Below, piece after piece: positions 12,878 through 26,288 of a DNA stretch of 64,000 nt (the first letter of the stretch is position 1; every line of letters starts with the position of its first letter). The translations under genes were made by a program, and so were the position numbers. The DNA is from Camelus ferus (Eukaryota), in NCBI RefSeq assembly GCF_009834535.1, contig NC_045696.1:58592001-58656000 (forward strand), in the 5' to 3' direction. The notes under the pieces are model-generated. The model saw only the letters and a list, made by a program, of their open reading frames with translations. It made no database searches and was not told the DNA's origin.

Positions 12878-13913
12878 AAAAGACAACCTACAAAAACTGG
12901 GAGAAAATATTTGCAAACTATGTGAATGACAAGGGATTAATTTCCAAAATATACAACAGCTCACACAACTTAATATCAAAATACAACCCAATCAAATACT
13001 GGGCAGACGACCTAAATAGACATTTCTCCAAAGAAGACATCCAGATGACCAACAAGCACATGAAAAGATGCTCAATTTTGCTAATTATTAGAGAAATGCA
13101 AATCAAAACTACAAAGGTTGTCACCTCACACCAGTATAATGGCCATCATTAAAAAATCTACAAATAAATGCTGGAGAGGGTGTGGAGAAAACAGAACCCT
13201 CCTACACTGTTGGTGAGTATGTAAATTGGTGCAGCCACTATGGAGGACAGTATCGAAGTCCTTTAAAAAACTAAAAATAGACTTACCATGTGATCCAGCA
13301 CTCCCACTCCTGGGCCTATATCCAGAAGTACCTGAATTTGAAAAGATACATTCACCCTAACATTCATAGCAGTACTATTTACAATAGTCAAGGCATGGAA
13401 ACAACCTAAATGTCCATCGACAGATAAAAAAAGAAGATGTGGTATATACATACAATGAAATATTACTCAGCCATAAAAAAGAATGAAATAATGTCACTTG
13501 CTGCAACATGGACCTAGAGATTATCATATTAAGTGAAGTAAGTCAGATAGAAAAAGACAATTATCATATGATATCACTTATATGTGGAAACTCAAAAAAG
13601 TAATACAAATGAACTTATTTACCAATCAGAAACAGACTCACAGACATAGAAAACAAACTATGGTTACCAAAGTGGGAAGAGGGGAGAGAAATAAATTAGG
13701 AATTTGGGATTAACACATATGCACTACTATATATAAAACAGATAAACAACAAGTTTATACTCTATAGCATAGGGAACTATATTCAATATCTTGTAATAAC
13801 CTGTAATGGAAAAGAATATGAAAAAGAATAGATATACATGTGTGACTAAATCACTTTGCTTTACACTTGAAACTAACACAACATTGTAAACCAACTATAC
13901 TTCAATTAAAAAA
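12878..13913 (+). mobile_element. Second L1 3' fragment (ORF2 end, full 3'UTR, A tail)
   Basis: Repeats the L1 region at 11680-12430 with divergence; flanked by aaaact/ataact. Confidence 0.93.
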
Positions 13914-16662
13914 ATAACTCAAGTGTATACAAAAAAAGGCATCCTTCAAATTTAACAAAGTAGTTAGCAGAGTGTATGGATTAGGCACTGGATGAGTATC
14001 TTCTACAATATAATTTCTCTTAAGTTGTGCACAAACCAGTGTTCATCCGTGCCAGAATTCTGACCAGAAAAATCTGAGTGTTAGAAAGTGACCTGCAGAG
14101 GTGTATTCTATTCTATTCAAGGAAGGCCATTAGCAGGGGTTAAATTCCACACTTCCCTATTCCTTCAATGGGTACTGCGTTAAGTTTAGAATTTTTGCTC
14201 CAGAGTGAAGCCTAACCTGTATAGGCAAAGTTATCTTTGCTCTCCCCAGCCTCCCATCCACCCATACCTCTGGACTCACCTTCTGGTACTTTAATGTCCA
14301 TTTATCCAGGTAGTTACCTTGGTAAATCTCATTCCAGGAGGGGGATGGGGCATTTAGTCGTGTCTGGAGAGCCATGCTTTGGGTGCATCTCCCCCATCTG
14401 ACAGTCTAGTGACTGGAAAAAAAAGGCTTTTTCAAGGTTTCTCTGGACACTCCAGTTACTAAAATTCTCAGAGGGAAGTTTAGAAAGTTGGATATTTAAA
14501 ACTGAGTAAGTGGCCCGATATCAATATAAAGTCCCAAAGTTGATTTCCCAGCATCACAGTCACCCAGGGTTCCATATGGGAGACATTGATGGATGTGGGA
14601 CTTAAAGGCCCTGTCATTCTTGGTCACTGTTATTCTCAGCACGGGCATCTGATGTGCCACTTGTTCTTTACCTTCAAGAGTCTCGTTTAGGATGTGACAG
14701 TCTTTTCCAGTGTCCCTCCTGTTTGTAATATGCACACTGGTGGGTGTCATTATGGAGTGGAAGTTTGAGGCTTGAGGCTCCTACCTTTTGCTAAGTTCCT
14801 CGTGAGGGTCCCTGATTTGGTCCAGCTGTTCTCTGTGTTAAGACGGCTGCCAACAGTGGTCTGTCGCTTCGCTCTGCATTGTTCCCCCTTCTCCTGCACC
14901 TGGTCCCTGCCATTAAAAACTTTGAAGGCAATTTCAGCAAGTTTAGACATAGGCATCCCTAAATCCCTTTCCACCTTTTGCAGTTTCTTCTGTATATCGG
15001 GGGTGCGCTCACCAATAAGTCGTTAACCATCTTTTAAATTCTCTGGGGCCTCAGGTTCTATAACTGCATATTGCCTACAGGCTCTGAAGACCCTTTCTAG
15101 AAATTCTGAAGGATCCCCATTCAGTTTCTGTTTTACCTCCTGACTTTAAGTCTTTTTTTGTTTTGCCCAACTCCCCGCAAGAATGCAGTCTCAGTAACGT
15201 TCAAGTTTTGGCCTACTCCCAACACTCACATCCCAATTAGGACCCACTGCTTGTATAGCTATGCTTGCAACAGCCTGCACTGAAGTGCCAGGGGCTTCTG
15301 TATGAAGGCAATCTGCCTGCTCCCCAGCTTTTTCTAGCACCATTCTGCCTTCTTCTATGTGCAGAGGGTACTTCATAAATATTTAACATCTGCTCTGGTG
15401 CGGTTGTGGGTTGCAGAAATAGAAAAGAGACTTTCCATTCTCTGCAAGTCATTTCTCTAAGTTGCCATATTGTTCTTCTAATTAAATAAATCTGAAGTTG
15501 AAAAATGGAGAGTAGACCCATCAGTCCCATTGGCTCCCAGTCTTGGCATTTACACCTCCCGAGGGGATTTGCCTTAATGGGTGGATTGTCCTACCAGAGT
15601 TTGAGTTGCTCCCTGGTGGATATGAAAGGGGGAGACCATTCTTATTTCCCCATCCTTGGAGACGGGGATGGGGGAGCGAGCCTCACACTGTGGCTCAGGC
15701 ACTGGCAGCGAAGGAGCAGCCACAGCCTCATCATGGGAGGGAGGAGGAGCAGCAGTCAGAGCGTTAGGCTGAATTAACAGCGAGCCGTTCTCCTTTTCAT
15801 GAGGAGCAAGCAAAGTAGGTTTCTTTGCCTTCCCTTCCTATTGGGCTGTATCTTACTTTTTCTATGCACAGGTTTACTCTGATACAATAACATAAAAGAG
15901 TATACGTAAGGTATTTCATCCCATTTTTCTTCCTCTTTACAAAATCAATCCAGTTGCAAAATTTATTCTAATTTAGGGATCCATTTTCAGGCCATTTTGC
16001 TCTGGAGTCTAAAGGATATTGTGGCCGTGCAGTGTTAAAAAATACCATCTTTTTCTTTTCCATGGATTCATAACAAAGTTCTCCAGTGCTGGACAATGCA
16101 GCCTTGAGGGAACTGAATTACCATGTCTGATTTTGAAGGGTCTTTGCTTCCAGGGGGGGTCACAGCACAAAATCTTTCTACCGGTTCTCACCACAGTCAC
16201 CAAGAAGCTCAATCCCTAATAGTCCATTCTTAACAAATAAGACAACCCAACATGGACACGGAAAAACAAGACCCAGACAAAACAAAACAGAAAATCTGGA
16301 GCCCCAAGCCTTTAACCCAGGTACGGACTACAAAGCAGCTGTATAACCTTCCCTGTTGTCTGCCAAAACCCCACCCGGTGGGCCTCCAACCCACGAGCTG
16401 GTCAGGATTGCACAGGTGTGTTTAACAAGGTTTCTCACTCAAAAGACATCTTCCAAACCCCGAAACCATTTCTTCACTGCAAAATTAAACCAAGTCCTGG
16501 AGGTCAGAGGTGCCTCCCTGGGGAAGTCGGAGAGATGATCCGTGGAACAAACGGACCAGGCAGCCACGTGAACTCGTCCACAGGCTCTCAGTACCACCAA
16601 GGGGCCGACAAACCAGGGGCGAAATCTCTGTCTGGACTTAACTTCTGCCAGCTCACCAAATT
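13914..16662 (-). pseudogene. gag: Decayed ERV leader, gag, pro and 5' pol
   Basis: gag ATG ~16122-16124; MA (KWPENGSL, KWDEIPYV); CA (SPFSTSDLFN); MHR (PSEFLER); degenerate zinc knuckle QCAYYKQEGHWK; RT VPNPYTLL...LKDAFFCI; degenerate PBS 16642-16658. Confidence 0.88.
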
Positions 16663-17217
16663 TGTTACCAAACCAGGTTTATCCTCCCTGAGGCACAAGC
16701 TGAGATGCTGAGACGCTGAGGTTTGCAGCAAAGAGAAAGCTTATGTGCAAGGCAGCCAAGGAAGAAGACGCGAGGACACAGCTCAAATTCACCTCCCCAT
16801 AGGCAGGGGCACAGGGTATTTATATAGGATAACGAATTAAGAAGCAGGGCGGTCTGAAGACTAGGGTGTGTGGTGAAAGGTGATTGGAAAAAGGTGTGAA
16901 AATCCTTTTTCTGCGCAGGCGTAACTAAACTACTGTCCTCTGCACTTTCTAAAGTGCACCAAAGCCACTCACACATGCCCAGTTGAAGGGTCCGTGGTTC
17001 TGAGTCTTAACCAGCTCAACTCCAACTAGACTCAGCTGACTTCAAGTTTCTGGAGAACAACTGGGGCCAATGTCTTATAGTTTAGGCTACATGGGGCTTG
17101 GAGGACATGCAAGTCTTCTGTAGCAACGATTAAAACGGCCTTGATAAACAAAAAAGACCTTGATTAGTGAAGGCAGGTTACAGGTGAAATGGATTTGACT
17201 AATTACCCATGGTCTCA
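16663..17217 (-). mobile_element. ERV1 LTR (family B), 5' LTR
   Basis: TG...CA termini; colinear with 5850-6380; TATAAATA 16817-16824 and CCAAT 16883-16887 on - strand. Confidence 0.9.
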
Positions 17218-17619
17218 CCCCAGCCTGAAAAGTTCTCTGAGTTAAACTTTAGCTCTATGCAATTACTTCCTTCACACACATATTTGAATTCCTAATAACG
17301 TCTATTCTCTTTGGGGCTGGTACCTGCCTATGACCAGGACAACCACATCTGTGTCTCCACGTGGCCATCGTTGTAGTGAACCTCAGTGAAGTCTCTTTCA
17401 CTGGTTCCTTAATTTTCACTTGTTTTCAATTTAATTTGACCAAGCCCCTCCGGTTTTATTTCCTGATCCCAAATATAACCCTGCACTTGATGGTGCAGTA
17501 GCTGGGAACTGCTGAAAAGAGCCCCCTGCCTTCCTACCATCTTTCCCTTCCCCTGGGGGGAGGAGCCCTGGGCACGTGTGAAGTTACTTACCTGCATGGG
17601 CTTAGCAGGCAGGCCTGCT

Positions 17620-17780
17620 TTAATCTTATCTCTGCTAATTACCAGCTGTATGGGTTTAGGCAAATAACTCAACCTCTCTGTTTCTTCAGTGAAATGTGGT
17701 GGCCAAGAGGATTAAATGAGATAATGTTCATTGAAGGGTCTGGCACACAGAGTGCCTAATAGATGGTAGCCATTGTTACT
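17620..17780 (+). mobile_element. MIR fragment
   Basis: ggcaaataactcaacctctctg...ggattaaatgagataatg core. Confidence 0.65.
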
Positions 17781-18267
17781 AGTATCCAGGTCAAGTCAGT
17801 TCACCTCCTGCCTGCATCTCTGTCCTCCCACCTACTTCGGTCCTTTCAACAATCTGTGTTCCCTCTTGTATTTTCAACTTTCATTCCCTTAGCAGAGAAG
17901 GATGTTTGGCTCACCTGTTTTAAAACATCCTCCCCTTGACTCTGGATCTTTTCTGGTTCCAACCTCAATTCCTTGTCCCCTTCACCCCTGACCCCTCTCC
18001 ATCTCTTCATTCCTCAGCCTCCTGCACCCTGGCACCTGCTTCTTGGTCCAAGGTCACCAGTGTTCTCCAGCCTGCTGCCACAATGACTATAGTCTTCAGC
18101 TGACATTCTCTCCACAGCAATGTGCTGTCCCCACTCAGGGGAGCTCTCCGCCCTCTGAGTCTCCCTCTGCAGCGCCCCTTCTGTGCTGAGTACACTGTTC
18201 TTTGGACCAGAACCAGGCCCATGGCCCAAGATGCAAATCAGACCAGGACACAATACCAGTGAAAGTG

Positions 18268-18273
18268 TTTAAT
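18268..18273 (-). terminator. Distal polyadenylation signal ATTAAA
   Basis: tttaat on + strand; followed on - strand by CACTTTCACTGGTATTGTGTCCTGGTCTGATTT (GU-rich). Confidence 0.7.
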
Positions 18274-19462
18274 AGTTAAATTATTTAAATAGACTTTTCA
18301 ATTTCCATGGGAAATCATAATTGTATCCGTTTTTGCAAGAGCAGGGATAAAAAAAAGTGCACACCCCTTGGTGGGAATGAAGAGCTAGCACTGCACATTG
18401 TCACCGGTCACTGCTGGGATGGGGAAGATGGGCCCCCACAAGGCCGGGGAGGCCATGACCAACAAAGGGAACACAGGAGGAACTCAGCACACGTTACTCT
18501 GGTTGGAAGCAAAACAAAAACCCAGCAACACTGGTGGGCCATATGGAGGGTTCAGGGGCTTGAGAACAACACCATAGAGAGAGCCGGCCACTCACGACAG
18601 ATGCGAGAGGGGTGATACAGAACTCAGAGGATGGAGCAGCAAAAGCGCACAGACTAAGGCTGCCCGTTCTAGGTCCATAAGCTTTGCTTCTCAGAGCTGT
18701 GCTCAAATTGGGGTGGGAGACAGTGTGTGGAAAGGGGAGGGTGGTGCTAGTGTCCAGTGAGAGGTGGTGCAGGTGGGCATCAAAGTAACATTTTGCAGCT
18801 GGCATATAGGTGCCTCCTCACCTCCTTCAAGCTCACGTTGGAGGTGAGGATAATTCTGCCCTGAGAAGCAATGAAAAGACCTGGGTACAGGACCCAAGGA
18901 TTCTGTTTGAGTATGTCTCTATGATAGTGTATCATTTTCAAATGCCTCCTTCACAGGGTATAAAAAATAGAATTTGTTTCTCGGTATATTTAACTGCCCC
19001 CCTCCCCTAAACAAAAACAAGACAAAATGAAATTTCTGCTAGCTTTGTCCCAAGGACTCTGAAGCTGGCCTCTACCCTTTCCTCTGCCTAGTTTGCAGGT
19101 GGAGTGCAAAGCCACTGCCCTTCCCTGAGCCTGAGGGCTGTATATTACATCCCCAAGTCTGAGGGACCATCTCAAGAGAGAGCCACCTGCACCTCAGCCA
19201 ACAGAGAAAGCCAGGCAGGCGCGGTTTCCTCAAATCCCCACACCAGCTGAGCACCCAGCGCCATCCCTGAGCTCTCAGAGTAGCAGGAGCTGCCTCTCTG
19301 CAGGCAGCAAATGGCTGACATCTCAGGGAGCAGAAGGGTGGGCAGTGGCCGAGCTGTCCTGCAGGTTGAGGCTTCTTCCCTTGGTTCCAGCTTCGTCTGA
19401 GATGGGAAAGAAGTTTTTTGTTTTCTTTTCATTCTGTCTGCATTTTACTTAGGGGAAGTGAT

Positions 19463-19464
<2 letters not shown>

Positions 19465-19514
<50 letters not shown>

Positions 19515-19536
19515 CAGAGATAGAGAGAGACAGAGA
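19465..19536. repeat. Compound (GT)n(GA)n microsatellite in the 3'UTR
   Basis: Read directly. Confidence 0.95.
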
Positions 19537-19964
19537 GGTGGGGTAATGTGTGCATGCATCTTCCTACCTAACCTGAATGTATGGTACCCCAATAGGACAT
19601 GCTTGCTGCTCTGGCAGGACCTGGGAGAATCTGAAGTGAGGGGAACAGGCGTCCTGAATGAGACCAGTTCCACAGCATAAACACACACGCGCGCACACAC
19701 CAGTACATACATCGACATACGTACAGTACAAATGAGCACAAACGCCCTGCTGTGCACAGCTGTTTTCTAATATAGAGAATTTACAAAATATAGAATTTGG
19801 TATATTTGTTAGATCTCCAAGGTTTTCAATAATACAAAATAAAAAATACAAAAAGACAAGTTGGGGCCCCCGCCCTCCCTCCCCAGCGGCGCCCTCATTT
19901 GCTTGTGGGTCTTACACGCACACAACTGGCATAGTCTAAAGAAGGGCACAGAAACGGGTTTTGT

Positions 19965-19970
19965 TTTATT
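19965..19970 (-). terminator. Candidate proximal polyadenylation signal AATAAA
   Basis: tttatt on + strand in an AT-rich block, with GU-rich sequence downstream on - strand. Confidence 0.5.
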
Positions 19971-19989
19971 TAATAAATATTTTCTTTTT

Positions 19990-21010
<1,021 letters not shown>

Positions 21011-21737
21011 TTACCAGCCTCACTCCTGATCAATTAGAAACAGTTCTGGAAACTGGCTTTTCACCACAGTTTGAGAACCACTGCTGATCTTGGTTCCCCT
21101 TTCTAAGAACTGTCCTCTCAGGTTCAGAAAATCGAAGCCACTTGCCTGAAGTTACACAGATAATAAGTGACTGGGCCGGGATTCACTCCAGATTACTGCC
21201 TGCCTCTGCTTTAGCTTTGGAGCAAAGAGGAGAACTCATAGGAGGCTTCCGTAACGACACGACACTGCTGCAGGGTGAAGGGCCTGAGCAGGGTGACAGG
21301 AGTAGCAGTACGGACAAATGCCTCACCACAAGGTGACCCAAGAGCCCTTTCTGGGTACAGTCAGCACCTCCACCACACACCTGCTGGAGCTAGTGGAGGC
21401 TGGTTCTCAGGACTAGGCCCCGAGTGCTGTGGGCCCCAAGTGGCAAGAGCCTGCTCCCTGAGGTCATCTTGTGTCCCCTCTGGGTGGCTGGGTTGTCCCT
21501 TAGCACTTCTAGCCTGGCATCAGCAGCTGGCTACCCCCAACGCCCCTAGTTCCATCTGTGGCCAGTAGAGGGCTTTGCACAGGATAGAAGATCTGTCCAA
21601 GGTACTGAGGGCCTGAAACACAATTGTGTTCCCCAAGCTTTCAAGACATCAGTGCCAACTTCCCCATCATCCTCAAATTTGGCTGCAGAAATTCTGACTG
21701 GGAACTGTGGGGGCTGCTAGAAGACCACTTAGCATCA

Positions 21738-21929
<192 letters not shown>

Positions 21930-23649
21930 TCAGTATGCTCATCAGGGTTCCAATCAGTGCTTGCCCTGCCTGCTCTTGCTACCATTCCTCCTTGACACTT
22001 GGCAGGTTTTCCCTGATTCTTGGTCTGAGGACACCCAGGGTGGTCCTGGCCTGAGGCTGTGCCTAATCCCACAGCTGCCACTGCTCTGCTACTACTGCAT
22101 GCTTGGTAACTCAAGACCACAGGAACCTGTTCACATAGCTACTGCTTCCTCGTCCTTGCTGCCCAGGCAACACTCAGCTCCTGCAAGCCCACCACCAAGG
22201 CTGCCCTCTTCAAGGTTTCCAGTGACCTCTCATCTGATTGCTTTTCCAAGACAACACTAAGCAACCCTGCCACTGAGCCTCTGCTGTGCTGGTCTCCACT
22301 TCAAGTGTCCTCCCTTCTTCCCTCCAGGTGAAGTCCTTCCCTGACACGTCTGCCTCAATCAATATGCTCCAGACATTTTTTGCCCCATCTCCAAGCCCCA
22401 GGGTGCTCCCTCCTATTACATAAACTATCTCTCTCATGCTGGGCCTTGTTAAGCCTCGCTGTTTAACTGTTTCTTGTGTGTGAAAGGCAGGACCACAGAC
22501 ACAGCAGAAGCTCCCACAAGTGCCCCTTGGGTCACTCACTAAGTCAGAAATCTCACCAGTCTCAAAACTCTTCCCTCCATGACTGTCCTTTTTGGTCCCA
22601 TCAAGCCACATGTATCTTTTTTTACCCCATGTGTTGTTCCCAGGCTGGACTGTCAGCCTCACTGGCCAAAAGCCACGCTCCCCCGAGTCCGAAGGAAGGG
22701 ATCTGCCAAGGCTCCCACCTGTCTGCCCAGCTACTTGTCTACCCACCACTCAGCCCCCAGTCCTGTCTAAGGAAGGAGCTGGGGCAGCTCACGGAAATGA
22801 ATACACACCAGGAAGAAAATACAAATCAATGGAGCTGGGAGGGGTGGGGTGAAAGGAAAAGAAGAATGGCTACATCACAGGAACCAAGCTCGAAGTTAAC
22901 ACAGAAGCACAGGCTGCCCATCAGTTAAAGCAGCCCCCGAGCTGGCTCTGGCCTGGCTGTCCAGCAGCCAATGCAAAATGAAGACCCGGTCCGGTCCACA
23001 GGCGTGTGCCCAAGGGCCAATGCGGCCAGCTCGTCAGGGAAAGCCCAGCTCCCAACACTCAGGCCAGAACAAAAGGTCTCCCAAGGCCATTCATGATCAC
23101 AATATTCATTTTTAGGAATCCAGTATTTTGGCTTAATGTGCTAATTTTGAGAACTGAAATACCAGTATCTTTGTTGGTGAATTACTGTTCCTTTTTTAAA
23201 AAAAATTTGAAGTCTGAGTCATTTGTGGCCTAAGACATCCCTGAGGGGATAATAATGCATTAAAATTCTGACAAGAACAAAACCAGCTCTTTCAGAAAGC
23301 ATTCTTTACCTCCATTGTCCTCAAGAGGAGGAGAGAGCAATGCTCGACGAAGCAGAGTTTCTGCTGAAAAAGTAACTCTTACTCTGAAAGCCGTGGGCAT
23401 CCTTGGCAAGATTGATGCTAAGGACAAAATGAGCTGCTGAGACACCTTGAATCTTACTGAGCAACATGCTCAGAGTCACGAGTCAGAGATCGTTTTGTGT
23501 ATACATTAGGGGGAGCGAGCAAAATGGGCAAGTGTGTTGATGTACATGGGTTTTCACTGTGCTATTCTTTTAGCTCTTCTGTAGAGTTCAAACTTGTCAG
23601 AATAAAAGGCTGAGGTAATAAAACAACAAAATTAAATACAAAAAAGACT

Positions 23650-23790
23650 GTTTAGCACAGGGAATATAGCCAATATTTTATAATAATTTTAAATGGAGTA
23701 TAATTTATAAAACTATTGAATCACTATGCTTTCCCCCTGCAGCTAATACAATATTGTAAATCAACTGTACTCCAATTAAAAAATAAAATG
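23650..23790 (+). mobile_element. Short L1 3' end
   Basis: tagcacagggaatatagccaatatttt...aactgtactccaattaaaaa. Confidence 0.75.
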
Positions 23791-24427
23791 CAAAGAATGA
23801 AAAAAATTATATAGTCTTTTGGTTTAAGATTTTCTGAACAAGTAGAATATGGCTCTGCCTGTTTTTTGAAACCGACGAGGGCCTCTGCCCAGAATCCGTC
23901 CTCTCTTCTGCAGCAGCCCTGCCCCCAGGATGCCAGGGCATCTACAAAGCTCCTCCAAGCCACCACCAAGAGCCAAGGCCTTTGACAAAGAAGGAACCCA
24001 GGGAAGATACCTGGACTCATCTTAGCTGCACATCCTCACCATTTCTTTTCCCAGTTTGTGTCAGAAAAGTTTTCACAGCACCTAGGGGATTTTGCTCGCA
24101 TGCACACAGAAGCCACTTACAGCTCAGCAATAACCCCACCCACCCATTTTGGTTTTTAAGACTACTTTTTTTAAAAAGTTGAAATATAATTATTTGTCAA
24201 TTTTACATGATTATGTTCATGTTTAGTTTTTTTTTAAACATTTCACTTTATTTTGGTTTGCTAACAATTTTGTCAAATATATGTCCAATATTTTCATAAA
24301 TTCACAAATGGAATGACCTGCACCATGTTTACACAATTAGTATTTAAAATGTATAATTATTTCATTATACGGCTTTTCGTTTTTACTGAATGAATTTGGC
24401 ATAGTTGTAAATAAAACATTGCCATTA

Positions 24428-25105
<678 letters not shown>

Positions 25106-25763
25106 TCAGTGCAAAGCCCCGGTGCTACCCGGCAGGCAGGCCTGCTCCAGCACCTACCTGCTGTCTAGTGGCTGTGGGCTACAAGCCCACCCACACACCA
25201 GAGCCCCCACCCAGCTCCACCAGCCCTCTCCTCCCTGCGCTCCGTGCTCTAGTCCATCTTCCCGCTGGGGCTGACCTCTCACACCCACAACGCGGTGGGC
25301 TCCCAGGGCTGAGACTGTCCCATTGGGCACAGTATCCCCAGGGCCTGGCACACACTAGATGCCCAACAAGGGAGTGATAAACAAATGAAGAAGATGTCTT
25401 TGTTTCTGCCTCTGTTGTTCAGGGCTTTGCATCTTTGTCCTGTCTCCTCCCTTAGCCTGGGAATTCTTCTTTCCTTGGTCCCTCTCAAAAGCTGAGTCCC
25501 TGCCTGGCAGGAAAGGAATGATGGATGATGGGGTGGGGTGGTTGGCAAGTCAGCGGGGCGGGGCCTTGATGGGGCAGCCAAGGTACCGAGACTTCAAGTT
25601 CAAACAGCTGGGGCTGAAACCCCAGCTCTGCCACTTACAAGTAGTGACTGCAGGCCAAACACTTAACATCTGTGGGCCTCAGTTTCCCCATTGTAACATG
25701 GTGATGGGGAGGAAATGTCTGCAGTGTCTGGGACGCAGTCAGGGCTTCTGACATCTCTGCTCA

Positions 25764-26288
<525 letters not shown>

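Noticed and set aside
9069..13913. Active L1 or protein-coding ORFs (10236..10769, 10741..11067 etc.)
   Set aside because: 5'-truncated with many frameshifts; the minus-strand ORFs are antisense artefacts
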